Source: Mactra antiquata (Eukaryota). Taken from it: a stretch of 64,000 nt of DNA. The stretch covers positions 32,689,354 to 32,753,353 of the forward strand of contig CM103819.1 of assembly GCA_047288015.1 (NCBI GenBank). Direction: 5' to 3'. Made by a program: the position numbers and the translations under genes. Below, piece by piece: positions 11,755 to 23,085 of this stretch; positions within the stretch are counted from its first letter, which is position 1; each line of letters opens with the position of its first letter. Under the pieces are notes generated by a model. The model had not been told where the DNA came from. It was given only the letters and a program-made list of their open reading frames with translations, and made no database searches.

Positions 11755-12704
11755 CTGAAAATAAATATAAAAATATCATTCTTTATGCATCCAATACAAT
11801 ATTATAAGTAATAATACATGATGCTTGTATAACAACAAGATTTAAAATTACTATGGTGACTGCAATCAGTTAAATTATTTCATTTTACAGTTCTAATATC
11901 AGATATAATTAAATTGGAACAATACAACAATTAACAATAAACAAGGAAAATATTCCACCAGTATTATGATAAGGAATACTGCTTAATTGTTTTTCAGTAC
12001 TTCATAAAACCAGGGCTTTTACTTAACAGGGATTGGCAACGAAATGCTTTTTTGAGATTTCACTGCCGTCACCCTCTATAACTGACTGATACAGGCTGTA
12101 CAAATTATTCCAAAGTTTAAAAACTTATTTTATGTGTTTGTACATGTCTTCAATGCAACTTGTGAACGTTTCTGAAGTTACTAACACAAATTTGTTGCAA
12201 TTATGACCGAAATTATGACTGCTGGTGGTGTAAAATGGGGCTAAAATTGGCAGATCGGCAAAAAAATGCATAATTTTGTAAAACAGTGTGTAGGTGTAAT
12301 TTAGATCAAAATCATCTGGAAACACAATTTTCATAACATGAAAGTCAATTTAAAACGTACTGATACAATATTTCATTTGAATGTCTTTATTTAAACTTGT
12401 AATACTTGTTATCCATATGAGCAGAAATAATAGCTATGACAGTGAAATTTGATGTAAATCTACGTGGTTGCAAATCCCTATTATATAAAATCCCTGATGA
12501 AACTTATCTTCAAATGTTTTCTATAGTAAATGATTCAATGAAAGCAGAATTCTCCCAACACATTAGCAATTTGGTCATCCAATGACATGCAACATCATTA
12601 GAATCTGTGTGTTTCATCATCATGTTGATATTAGAAAATCAAGCAAAACTTGCCAAGAAAAATTGTTGAAAAGCAGTGTAAAACATGAAAAATTAAATTG
12701 TTAC

Positions 12705-12842
12705 CTGATGATCATGATCTTCTGGTTTCCGTTCCACCCACATTCTAGGTACATGTATCTCAGCTAATCCAATATATAGATGAAAACCTTCAGATATAGA
12801 CTGGTTAGGTAACATTTCTATGGTAGCTTTCGTAAGGGTTCT
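12705..12842 (-). CDS. PARP4: PARP4-like exon 17 (RTLTKATIEMLPNQSISEGFHLYIGLAEIHVPRMWVERKPEDHDHQ)
   Basis: Acceptor TTTTCACAG, donor CAG|GTAACA. Resembles human GFSLHIGLSAAYLPRMWVEKHPEKESE. Confidence 0.7.
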
Positions 12843-13288
12843 CTGTGAAAACATTATACACATAGTTACAGCATGTACACATTGCTTCAAGACAGACTTA
12901 TGTATCACATTACATAAACTCTAGACTTGTATACATGCAATATAATCACAAAAATAAACAAAACAACAGACAAAATATGGAATATTGTCACTGATAATGA
13001 TTTTAGTACAATCAAATGCTTAAGGTAAACAATCCCTGATAAAGAACTATGCTTTTTAACCTGCTGAAAATTTCTAGAAGTAATGATACTTGTTTATACA
13101 TTATATTTTTCATCACAATTATATTAATGCTGACTTTTTGTGGACACATTCAAAATTGCTATATTTTCATATGAAAGGGAGGTAATAATTAATAAATGCA
13201 GACAGATTTGTTAAAACAAATTTTCAATGTTATTTGTGAATAAATTGAAATATACACTAATTATATGATGTAAAAATCACATAAATAC

Positions 13289-13402
13289 CTTAGATTTGAT
13301 TCTATGTGTAGGACATTCAATAGATCTAATATCATATGGCATATCAACAGATACTTGTATACTAGTTTCACCTTGCTCCACTTCTACAGTGTCTGTCTCT
13401 TT
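13289..13402 (-). CDS. PARP4: PARP4-like exon 16 (KETDTVEVEQGETSIQVSVDMPYDIRSIECPTHRIKSK)
   Basis: Acceptor AATTTCAG, donor AAG|GTATTT. 38 codons, phase 0/0. Resembles human ..SFSLTMSIEMPYVIEFIFSDTHELKQK. Confidence 0.65.
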
Positions 13403-13429
13403 CTGAAATTTTTAATACATCAGTTTTTC

Positions 13430-13690
13430 TTAATTTGGATTTAATGCCATTTATCAACACATTTCAATGTTATGTATGGCAACCAGCTCAAATATAGCAT
13501 TTCCTGGACCATTTTCTTCAACCAGTACTGCTCACCCTTCCACAAGGAGCTGACACCTTCGCCCTCTATGTAGGAAAATCGATATTATCAAATAAATTGT
13601 CACGGAAGGGTTTAAACCTGCAGCGACCCATGATCGAACCCGGGCCTCCAGATTTGTAATCCTGGGGTCTACCACTGTGCCACTACAATA
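13430..13690 (-). mobile_element. SINE family B copy
   Basis: TTGGATTTAATGCCATTTATCAACACATTTCAATGTTATGTATGGCAACCAGCTCAAATATAGCATTTCCTGGACC..CCTTCCACAAGGAGCTGAC..CGAACCCGGGCC. Confidence 0.65.
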
Positions 13691-13744
13691 CATACATCAC
13701 AGTAACTACAAAATCATAACATCTCAAACAGTATGCCACATTAT

Positions 13745-14000
13745 TTATATCTACAGAGCTCACAGAGGCCAGCACACCTAGTATAACTTTCCTAGACACT
13801 TGTCTATAACCAGTACTCATCTACCCTTCCATAAGGCTGACAACTTCTCCATAAACCTTATCAATGGAGAAATCAACATTATTGGCAAATTTCTATGGAA
13901 GGGTATAAGCAGCCCACATGGGTTTTGAACCGGCCATCCCTTCAGGACACTAAATTCGAAATCCAACTCATTACCACTGAGCCATGGACATGGGTTTCTG
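13745..14000 (-). mobile_element. SINE family B copy (adjacent, tandem to the previous)
   Basis: CACAGAGGCCAGCACACCTAGT..CCTTCCATAAGGCTGACAACTTCTCCATAAACC..GGTTTTGAACCGGCC. Confidence 0.6.
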
Positions 14001-14206
14001 ACATGTAAACACAACAACTATAATACATACATTCATAGTAATTACAAAGTCACAACAACTTGGACAGTATGTCTGTATTATCTAGAATGTATATGCTAAA
14101 TGATTCCTTATTTATATATCGTGTACAAATAACATGTAACACATGTAAGGTGCATAATTTACTCTTAAGTCTTGTTACACCTAGTTATGTAATATTTTTT
14201 TTAGTT

Positions 14207-14500
14207 GGGTTTAACGCCGTAGCAACACATTGTATAGGTCATATCACGGCGGTCAGTCAACCTACTCACCGTTCCTGGAAAGGCTAAATCTCTGGATTTA
14301 GCTGTTAATCAGTTACTAGGCGCATACTTTCGTCAGTAACTGACAACTGCCCTACATGATTTGGAATCAGTGGTAGGAAGGAGAATGGCCGTAGAAATAA
14401 TTTCATGACCAAGCTCCACAAAAGTATGCCCTGCCCGGGGATCGAACCCACAACTCCTCTATCAGTAGACTTGTGTGCTACTGACTGAGCTAGCCGGGCG
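14207..14500 (-). mobile_element. SINE family A copy
   Basis: Reverse complement of the 19209-19505 unit (..GGGGATCGAACCCACAACTCC..CTGAGCTAGCCGGGCGGG). Confidence 0.7.
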
Positions 14501-14607
14501 GGTAGTTTCTGTAATATGCACTTACCTAAATTCTGTAATGTGCAATATGATTGAATAAAAATTGGCCACCAATTATGAGAATCGATTCCATTCAGACAGC
14601 CACATGT

Positions 14608-14886
14608 TTAAGAATGTAACATTACGTATGGGGTGCCATAGGTTGTGTCATGTGACCTCTGAGATTTTACGATATTTTCTAACTTCCGGGTGCTCCGATT
14701 TGTAATTGACGACACCAGAGTCACTTTAAGCCAATATATCTTCCTATTTTTAGAAACCAAATTTTCCTGCTTGCACCAATCAATCCATTTTTTCCTTTCC
14801 TTTTGATTAACAGGAAATCTAAACAAACTACAAGTCTCCGACCCACCAGTACGATGCGTACAGCCAAAAGCATAACAGTAAACCAT
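14608..14886 (-). CDS. THAP-domain-like ORF ([43 protein letters not shown]...), possibly a P-element/THAP-derived fragment or a small nested gene in a PARP4 intron
   Basis: C-x4-C ... FRFP ... KW motif matches the N-terminal two-thirds of the THAP zinc finger (THAP1: [36 protein letters not shown]). The C-terminal CxxH/SEHF part is absent or degenerate. Flanked by the direct repeat AACTTCCGGGT (14683-14699 and 14927-14943; ETS-like CCGGAAGT on the coding strand ~45 bp 5' of the ATG). Region is CpG-enriched. Confidence 0.45.
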   Translation of the reverse strand: MVYCYAFGCTHRTGGSETCSLFRFPVNQKERKKWIDWCKQENLVSKNRKIYWLKVTLVSSITNRSTRKLENIVKSQRSHDTTYGTPYVMLHS

Positions 14887-15050
14887 TATACAACTGAGCG
14901 TTCGCGTTTACTTTCACTTTCTATTTTCAACTTCCGGGTACATCAGTAAACGAGACTTAAATACCCTACTATAGTATTATTCATATTTACATCATCAGAT
15001 AAATGAACATATCTGAAATATATTTATTTATTTTTTTATAAATAAGTTAC

Positions 15051-15212
15051 CTGTGTTTCAAGTTTAAGAGAGTCTTTTTTCCATGGTGCCACACTACCGG
15101 GTAATCTAAAACTAATTAATTCACCTTCCACAAGTAGCTCAGCAACGTAAGTTATCTTAATAAGTACAGTAGCACCTGGTGGTAGGTTACCTACACTAAC
15201 TGTGAACACATC
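15051..15212 (-). CDS. PARP4: PARP4-like exon 15, VIT domain (DVFTVSVGNLPPGATVLIKITYVAELLVEGELISFRLPGSVAPWKKDSLKLETQ)
   Basis: Acceptor CCTTACAG, donor CAG|GTAACT. 54 codons. Matches human DVFTVSVGNLPPKAKVLIKITYITEL...PATVAPWQQD. Confidence 0.85.
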
Positions 15213-15304
15213 CTGTAAGGTGTTAGTTGTAAATAACAAACATCTTGATACATGTAGTACATTTAGATAGAAAAAATGATAGCACAAATCTATTATGCTT
15301 TATG

Positions 15305-15560
15305 GCATTTTTCAGTCATATCACATTGTCCTTGGTAAGGTTTAGGTCTCTAGACCAATGATTTTAGCCAGTACTAAGCACATACCTTCACCAGAGGCTA
15401 ACAACTACCCCACTTGATACAGCAGTAGGGGCAGAATGATTGTAGAAAATATTTCATAAAACTCCACAAATGTATGAAAGTTCTGTCAGGCAATTGAATC
15501 TGCAACCCCTGGATCAGTAGGCAGGCACTTCTAACCGAGTAAGCTGGGAGGAGTGGAAAA
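15305..15560 (-). mobile_element. SINE family A copy (diverged)
   Basis: TCAGTCATATCACATTGTCC..TAGGTCTCTAGACC..ACTAAGCACATACCTTCACCAG.. Confidence 0.5.
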
Positions 15561-15819
15561 ACTAATGTATTCATCATGATGTATTGTTGACACTTCACCA
15601 CAAAAAAAACTCAAAATGGGCAAAGTCGTGTGACTTACAGAATACAAACATCAAATACATTGATAAATTAACTCAACAGACCAATAGAATGAGAGGAAAC
15701 AGGAGTCAGAGGTTACATAAAAATTTCAAATAAAAATAATAGAAATGTTTTAGGTCAAACTATTGCAATTTTACCATCATGGAACTGAAATTTTGACTAA
15801 TTTTACCATCAATATAAAA

Positions 15820-15960
15820 TTCATTCATTAAAGGTCAAATATAATTTGATTTTCAATTTTGAATAAATACCTTCATTTGATAGAGCTTCAAAACAGGATT
15901 GTAATGGTGCCATTCTTATTAAAATCAGAAAATAAATAGCAAAATAATGACTGATTTATG
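15820..15960. repeat. Dispersed ~140-bp repeat (second copy at 28868-29000), both in PARP4 introns
   Basis: AAGGTCAA.TATAATTTGAT.TTT..AATTTTGAATAAATAC.TTC.TTGATAGA.CTTCAAAACAG.A.TGTAATG.TGCCATTCTTAT.AAA...GAAAATAAATAGC.AA.ATAA.TGA. Confidence 0.5.
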
Positions 15961-16427
15961 AAAATGAATATTTAAGAGTTCAAATATCATGACATTTGTT
16001 GCATGCGTTTTAAAATTCAAGGTAAAATGTGAGTCTGTCTTCATTCCCTTGGTACAATGAATATGGAAAATGCTTAAATAAGCTATATCTTTGCCATTTT
16101 AATCGGATTTTAATTTTGTTTTCACTAAATCGATTTTTTAAACAGCTTTGGCTCCCAAATAAGTGTATTTTATTACCTTTAATTCATCGCTCACTGATTT
16201 TTTGTTGAGGAATTGCCATTTTCAAATTTGATGGCCAGTTGCGGTTCATTAAATCATGTAATAGCAATATCGAAAATATTTACCTACATGTACATCTTAA
16301 AACTTTCAAAATATTGTTCGTGCACTTGCTAGTTGCTACAATTGCCAAATAATTAGAAAAGGTAATGACAATGTAAACTTGGAAGCAATATTTTCAAGTT
16401 AATGAAGTGGGCCGTCAAACAACTTAC

Positions 16428-16652
16428 CGGAGTTTCTTCATCTTGATCCATCAGATAGGCACCATGACCTTCACTTATGGCTTTCTTATATTCTTTATGT
16501 GCAGTTTCTTTCTCTTTAACTTCTCCTATGATATGTTTACCATTAATAAAAGCTTCAAATCCACATACAACTGCTAGATCACTTAATGGAAATACATACT
16601 TAGCTTCTAGATGTGTATCACTTAAATTCTCATACTCTTGTAAAACTATAAC
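16428..16652 (-). CDS. PARP4: PARP4-like exon 14, VIT domain (VIVLQEYENLSDTHLEAKYVFPLSDLAVVCGFEAFINGKHIIGEVKEKETAHKEYKKAISEGHGAYLMDQDEETP)
   Basis: Acceptor TTATGCAG, donor CCG|GTAAGT. 75 codons. Near-identical blocks to human VIVFQTY...EAKYIFPLDDKAAVCGFEAFINGKHIVGEIKEKEEAQQEY...QGHGAYLMSQD. Confidence 0.85.
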
Positions 16653-17520
16653 CTGCATAAACAAAAGTAAGATTGATTGATATTGATATTGTATTGTTAT
16701 TTTATATATATATATGTTTGTATTACTATTCTGTATATAGTTCTCATGTATTACTATTATGTGTAATTTGAGAAATAAAAGTATTGTTCTGTTCTGTTCT
16801 GATATTAGGCATGGTATCTGTTAATACACATTTACTTAAAGGCACTCGTTCACAGATTTTGTTAAATTTTTTTGATATTTTAATATTACCTGCCCGTGTT
16901 TGTAATTTTACTAAGAAAATGAATGCTTAATATTGTAAGACAAATTGACCTATAATTTGTGAGAAATATAAGATAAATGTCACAAAAATTGCCTAAAATA
17001 ATCTATACCGTGACATACGGGGTAGGTTTTTATTAATAAAATCACCATATTTTACAGCTGTATGCCAATTTGCAGTAAAATTGTCATTATCAGAACGCTG
17101 CTTTTACTGTTTCCAAAATGTTTCTTTACAAATTTGACAGTTTTAGAAAAGTTGTTATTTAAGTTGAAATCTGTGAACGAGTAGCTTTAAGCTTAATTTT
17201 GAAACAAGAAGAGCAGTCAATGGTCTATTTAATGGGATCTAACTCATGACGTAAAGTTGAGAAGCCAGTAATGTAGAGCCAATAAATGTGCAGGCTATAC
17301 TGTCTCTACACTGGCAAAAGCTTTAAAGTTTAACCTTAAGCATGGTAAGTGTTAAAATGTATCTTTTAAAATAGTGTTATAATTAATATTTATCATTGCA
17401 GTCACACCTTTAAATACTTACATAAGACAAATGCTTATATCTGCACTATATCTATGGCCAGTTAGCAAATATAAGCATTAAACAGGAATGAATAACATTG
17501 ATACCAATATATTAACTAAC

Positions 17521-17651
17521 CTCTGAAGCAAGATCCATCAGTTTTGCTCGAATATGGACACACTTAAGATTCACAGGTGCATCATCCTTGGACACTAAAC
17601 CTGCTTTAACCTTTGACATTGGATCAACAATATCTTTGACATCTGTTAAAC
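17521..17651 (-). CDS. PARP4: PARP4-like exon 13, VIT domain start (LTDVKDIVDPMSKVKAGLVSKDDAPVNLKCVHIRAKLMDLASE)
   Basis: Acceptor TTTCAG, donor GAG|GTTAGT. Resembles human VPLEDVHIKGRIIDTVAQ. Phase 1 in, 0 out. Confidence 0.65.
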
Positions 17652-18984
17652 CTGAAATATAACAAAATCTGGTGTATTTGTTCCAAACAAGAATCTGCTC
17701 ACTAACTTAGATATCAAAGCATTATCATTAAAGTATTTGGAGACTTAGTAATGTTTAATTTTATGTCAAAGAGTACACATAGAAGTTGGTAGACCTTTCA
17801 CATATTGAAAGTGGTCAAGCCGTTACGACACTGGACTGGTAATATTTGGATAGCCATCTCTGCATTGGTTCCAATCCCATCTAAAACAAACCCTGTTGTT
17901 TCCTTGTGCAAGAAAACTTATCCTAATTGCTTAATACTGGGGGACCAGAAAGCAAAATTGAGAGTGATTATTGTAATTGTAAAGACTTGTATCACAGTCA
18001 AGCTTAACTAAGTGAGTATAAGCTAAATATAAACTTTAAACTTTAGATAGCATTCTAAAATGTATAGCAAAACCATTTTATAGCACTGTTAATTTCTAAC
18101 ATTCACACAGCCATGTAATACATGGTCAAACTGCCCTTAGCACTACTAATATGATGCACTTTACATCAACAAATTATACAATGCCAAAATATGTCTAAGC
18201 TTTAGAATTTCAAATTATTGTTACAAACAGTCATGCTGGAGAGTATAATGTTGGTACTTTGTTCATCAGTAAATATCAACAGAGTCTAAGGCAAGAATTC
18301 CTAAGAGGTTTAAGAGAGTCAATAATTGAGCTAGATCATTTGGGCTCCCTTGGTGATTATCATAGATTAATCAACCTCAGGAAGAGAATGTTTCTAAAGT
18401 AGTCCTATAACAACTGAGCATGCGCTCAATGTCTTTTGGGTATAACTCAATATGAAGTGCTAAAAACTGAACAAAAATAACTAAAAGTACACTTTTTTCC
18501 TGCATACTTCATTGTTTTTGACTCCCCATAAGTATGAGTTAAAACATATGGAACTGACTGAAAAACAGAATTTAGCTTGCCTTTTCAATGAACATTGGTT
18601 CAGAAGAATAGTGATATTATCAATTGTTTCTCAGATTACCAACTTATTTCATTTCAACGGAGTGACAATAAGACTCTTTAGCGTGTTTTGATGTAATATT
18701 TTCTCTTTCTAAAGGTAAATTATTTGTGAAAAGAATGGAACTTTTTTACTCCAACATGTAAATGACCCATTCGAATGGCTCAACAACTTACAACAGATAT
18801 GTTGTGGTGTATTCCTTCAACTGCATCGGCGCCTGATTTTGCAATAGCATAGTGTTAGCGGAGAAGGCAGAGGTGTTCTGATTTGTGCCAAAGACCTGAC
18901 ACAATTGCTAGCCTCTTTGCACAACCCAACAGACTCAATGTATAAAATATTAACACAAAATAAAATGAATACAAATATAATTAC

Positions 18985-19138
18985 TAAGAGGTCCATTATT
19001 ATTATCATCAGTAAGTTCCATATTCTCACATAAAGTGAGAGGTATATTTATAGATGTTAATGTATCATCATCTGTAGTAAATTCTATAAGATATTTTATC
19101 CTTTGTTGTCTAGTACTGTATACTACAAACTCATCATC
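18985..19138 (-). CDS. PARP4: PARP4-like exon 12 (DDEFVVYSTRQQRIKYLIEFTTDDDTLTSINIPLTLCENMELTDDNNNGPL)
   Basis: Acceptor TTATATAG, donor A|GTAATT (weaker). Resembles human DDEFVVYKTNQVKMKYIIKFSMPGDQIKDF. Phase 0 in, 1 out. Confidence 0.6.
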
Positions 19139-19208
19139 CTATATAATATATATATAGATAAAACAAAGTTAGTCATAAGAAAACAATAACATAAGAAACA
19201 TACTAAAT

Positions 19209-19505
19209 AGGTACCCACCTGGCTAGCTCAGTCAGTAGCGCACAAGTTTACTGATTGAGGGGTCGTGGGTTCGATCCCCGGGCAAGGCATACTTTTGTGA
19301 AGCTTTATCATGAAATAATTTCTACATCCATTCTCCCTCCTACAACTGATTCTAAATCATGTAGGGCAGTTGTCAGTCACTGACGGAAGTAAGCACCTAA
19401 TAACTGGTTAACAGCTAAATCCAGAGATTTAGCCTTTCCAGGAACGGTGAGTAGGTTGACTGACCGCCGTGATATGACCTATACAATGTGTTGCTATGGT
19501 GTTTC
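19209..19505 (+). mobile_element. SINE family A (tRNA-Lys-like head GGCTAGCTCAGTCAGTAGCGCAC..GGTTCGATCCCCGGG; tail ..GTGTTGCTATGGTGTT)
   Basis: tRNA-like A/B-box region followed by a ~200-bp body. Other copies at 2326-2590(-), 4470-4700(-, partial), 8213-8520(-), 11326-11400(+, 3' fragment with poly-A), 14207-14500(-), 15305-15560(-), 56108-56390(+). Confidence 0.7.
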
Positions 19506-19703
19506 AGTTCATTGGTTTATTGGATCATTTCATGAAGTTCTTCTGCAGCATAGATACAAATCAACAAACAAATGCATCACCACATACTCCCTATCAGAAC
19601 ATTAGGGCTCTGACATCAAGCTTAAAATATCAAGCATTGTCTTGAAGTTACATAATCTCATGCCATTATAACATTAACACAGTCCAGAATACGTTTGCAA
19701 ATA

Positions 19704-20125
19704 CAGAAATCTTGCAAACTTACTTTTTTCATTTTTGATCCGATTTCTTTCAATTTTTTAATAAATATAGATCTACATATGGGCATTACACCAGTAAATT
19801 TTCAGCCACATATCTTAACTGGAAGTATGAAAAGAAATGAGTCAAAGTCAAAATTCCCATGGGAATTGGCATTTTCCCATTGGAAAATTCCATCCCCATG
19901 GGAATTTCGTGGGACTATCATGGGAATTCTCTCCCATTCTCAGAAATGGGAGAAAATACCCATTTTTATAAAGAAACTGAAACTAACTTTTAATTTCTTT
20001 GTAAAAAATGGGTATTTTCTCCCATTTCTGTTAAGTGTTATGCCCAAATGTAGATCTATATTTATTGAAAATTTGAAAGAAATCGGATCAAAAATGTAAA
20101 AAGTAAGTTTGCAAGATTTCTGGAT
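19704..20125. mobile_element. Foldback/MITE-like element with ~75-bp terminal inverted repeats and an internal cluster of TTCCCATGGGAA-type palindromes, in a PARP4 intron
   Basis: 19705-19780 is the reverse complement of 20045-20125 (AGAAATCTTGCAAACTTACTTTTT.CATTTTTGATCCGATTTCTTTCAA..TTT.AATAAATATAGATCTACAT). The track ORF 19695..20099 spans it and is spurious. Confidence 0.65.
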
Positions 20126-20410
20126 TTTGTGTTCATTATATTTTTGATTTTTGTATTTTTTCTACACACTTTTTCTGTCATAGACTTAATATCATTATTC
20201 TGCAAGAACATTTCCATATTGATTATAAGGCATACTGTACAAACACCAGGCTGATGGTGAAAACGACATAACATTAGAAAACATAGTTCTCACACATAGC
20301 AAAAAATTTATATTTCAAAATCAAATCTCATCAATTTAACTAATATTTTTTATATATAATGTGAAATATACTCAATAGAACTCGGCAAAAATTTTAATCA
20401 TAGTCCATAC

Positions 20411-20594
20411 CTTGAAAGCAGACTTAGTGTGCTCTGTTGTTTTTACACCATGTACACTATCATAGCCTTCTGGTGGTGAAGTCAAGTCATAATCTCTTTC
20501 ATACATTTCTTTCTGTCTACCAAGAGCAACATCACATACTAACATAAATCTAGAACCCTTTGTCTTACTGGGTGTGGAATATTGTATACTTGTA
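20411..20594 (-). CDS. PARP4: PARP4-like exon 11, catalytic domain (STSIQYSTPSKTKGSRFMLVCDVALGRQKEMYERDYDLTSPPEGYDSVHGVKTTEHTKSAFK)
   Basis: Acceptor ATAACAG, donor AAG|GTATGG. Resembles human TSIKYSHPGETDGTRLLLICDVALGKCMDLHEKDFSLTEAPPGYDSVHGV. Confidence 0.75.
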
Positions 20595-21134
20595 CTGTTA
20601 TAGAAAAACAACAAACAAACAAAATTTATACACAGGTGATACATGTAAAATAAATTTCACAACAGGGCTGTAAAAATCTATGTGCCCTGCAGGATTATTT
20701 ATCCCTTAGATGTAAGTCCATAATATGATAATGCATGTATGGACTAGGAAGAAAGACTTGTAAACATTAAAAATATTTCAAAATATTTATCATGATTCTC
20801 TTATTTAAGTTTTCTATAGTAAATTGTGATCTAACAATGGTTTTCCTTTAACTTTTTATGAGTATCTTCACATAAACATCAATAAATTTGGAAATGGATA
20901 AAACGTAAGTAGGACAAGAAGTCCCATGGACAAAAAGTACTATGCTATTTTTTGCCAGGCAGACCAAAAAGTAATATTTGGTTTCGACAGAGCGGATGAA
21001 AAGTACATGTACCACACTTGTTTTGCCTTGAAACAAACACTACAACAAATTCATTGAAAAAATATAATAAAATATATTGATACATGATACATATATAAAT
21101 TAAGTTCTTTATACATGTATGTAAGTATACATAC

Positions 21135-21233
21135 CTAGCAGAGTTAGCAAAATAAATACCAGAACCCAACATGCCAGGATCTGATCTTATACCACCATGA
21201 TCATCAACGACAACTTTAGGCATTAATAAACCA
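21135..21233 (-). CDS. PARP4: PARP4-like exon 10, catalytic domain (GLLMPKVVVDDHGGIRSDPGMLGSGIYFANSA)
   Basis: Acceptor ATTTCAG, donor AG|GTATGT. Resembles human GLLLPKVVEDRGVQRTDVGNLGSGIYFSDS. Confidence 0.75.
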
Positions 21234-22018
21234 CTGAAATTATAACAAGGTTCAAGTCATTAAATCAACCAGTGTTTCATAGATCTCAAATAGGACTTTT
21301 CCAACTTTGCCCCCCCCCCCCAATTCAAAATGGTCACCTCTAGAATTGATTATACTGTTTTCAGCAGGATTGAGTGAATAAATATAAATAGGCATTTTAA
21401 GTTTGTCCAAAGGAAAAGTATACTAAGATGACCACTAAAGAACACATCCAATGTTTCTGTATCAAACAAAATATTGATCATTTAAACAAAATAAGTGCAA
21501 TGTCAATAAATAGCCCATTTGTCATTGTTTCAAATTCCATTTCGTGTACTTATTATGTACAGCAGTATCATCTGTGTTCTTACATGGATATTATACGCCA
21601 CCTTTGAGCAAAGTTTGGGGACATTATGGCACTGCATTCAGTAGCACCTTCTCACAAGTTTTACCAAGACATAAATTAGAAAATGTTTAATACATGTACA
21701 TATCAATCTCTGAAACCATGATGCCTAGAGGTATCATGTTTGACATAGTATAATATGAAAACATTGTTTCTTTTCAGTGTCTTTAACGATCTGTCTAGGA
21801 CCATCATGGCCATCCTAATTTCAAATTTTTGTTTAATACATAAAATATCATATGATATATATCAAATATCGATCATTCTGAATCAATACAAATATTGTAT
21901 CAATCAATCTGATTGATATAGAGCCCAAATGAGCACCAAAGTCAATAAATTACAACACCAAATCTTGATATCATAATCAAATACATATATATATTTATGC
22001 ATGATAATAAATGCCTAC

Positions 22019-22153
22019 CGTGACAGAATTCCAACAATATTGTTCACTTTTGAAGCATGAAAGAGTTCTTGTGAAGGTATATCATGTGTAAAGTTAACAT
22101 TTTCTAAAGGACGACTCACAGCATAAATAGATTGTACAGTCATTGATTCATTT
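22019..22153 (-). CDS. PARP4: PARP4-like exon 9, PARP catalytic domain start (NESMTVQSIYAVSRPLENVNFTHDIPSQELFHASKVNNIVGILSR)
   Basis: Acceptor TTTTTTAG, donor CG|GTAGGC. Resembles human RPLLHGSPVQNIVGILCRG. Phase 2 in, 2 out. Confidence 0.7.
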
Positions 22154-22219
22154 CTAAAAAAGACAAACAGTGAAAATCATATTCAACAATATCTGTTTAT
22201 AACAACATGTATACATTAC

Positions 22220-22512
22220 ATTAGGAGTAGCGGTACAGTGATTGGACTGCCACTTAGGGATCAAGAGATCCAGGGCTCAAACCCCCCCTGGGGCACAGCT
22301 ATTTACCTTGAGCAAAAAATTTGTCTACTATCGCTTCACTTCACTCAGGTGAAATGAAGTACCTAGGAGGGGGGTATAATTCTGTTGCGCCATTGTTGGT
22401 TGCACAATAAATGGAGTAAAAGACTCTCAAGGGAGATAGATAGATACTAGTAGCCTGGTGATCAGGGGTGATAGCTGTAAAGTTAGTGAGGGTGCAACAG
22501 CATGAAACCAAG
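22220..22512 (+). mobile_element. SINE family C (tRNA-like head GGAGTAGCGGTACAGTGATTGGAC..; body ..ATTTACCTTGAGCAAAAAATTTG..CTTCACTCAGG)
   Basis: A second, 5'-truncated copy in the opposite orientation lies at 52150-52300 (..GGAGCAGTAGTCCAGTGGTAGAACGC..GGTTCGAATCTCACGGGGAACACTGCTTATTTCCTTGAGCAAGAAATTT..). Confidence 0.5.
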
Positions 22513-22794
22513 ACTACAAAATGCAATAACTTCACTTTAAAAATCACTATATATCATAATTATTATAATCATTAACATTTACATATATTCATTATTACCA
22601 TATGACATCGCAATAAATTGTAACATAACTGTGTACATTTAGATAATATTATCAAAATCCCAATGATGTTTCTCTGCTATGATTCTATTGACCATTTACA
22701 TTGCAGTCATGCAAAAATATAAGAGAAATTTGATGTCATCCATTTTTATACAAACTGTAGCTGCAATACAGAGCGTCACACTTACCAGTTTTTC

Positions 22795-23085
22795 TTTACT
22801 TTTATTTTTGTTGGGTTTAACGCCATGTCAACACAAATTATGGTCATTTGACGGTCAGCTCACCTAATCTAGCTTTCCTGGACCTTTGTCTATGACCAGT
22901 ACTCAACTACCCTTCCACAAGACCAAAAACTTCCCCATATACCTTATTAATGGAGGAGAATCACATTATTGCCAAATTTTCATGGAAGGGTATAACCAGC
23001 CCGATTGAGGCTCGAACACTTCGGGACACTATTTTCGAAATCTTGCGCATAGCCTACTGCACCATGGACCCCAGTAAATGAAATT
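22795..23085 (-). mobile_element. SINE family B copy
   Basis: TTGTTGGGTTTAACGCCATGTCAACACAAATTATGGTCATTTGACGGTCAGCTCACCTAATC..CCTTCCACAAGACC..GGCTCGAACACTTCGGGAC. Confidence 0.6.

Noticed and set aside
19209-19290. Possible tRNA-Lys gene (GGCTAGCTCAGTCAGTAGCGCAC...GGTTCGATCCCCGGG)
   Set aside because: It is the 5' head of a ~290-bp SINE repeated 8 or more times here; acceptor/T stems are imperfect and there is no 3' acceptor strand. Treated as SINE, not tRNA.
19695-20099. 134-aa plus-strand ORF
   Set aside because: Spans the foldback element; the symmetric arms create an open frame by chance. Protein is low-complexity with repeated PWEF motifs from the palindromes.
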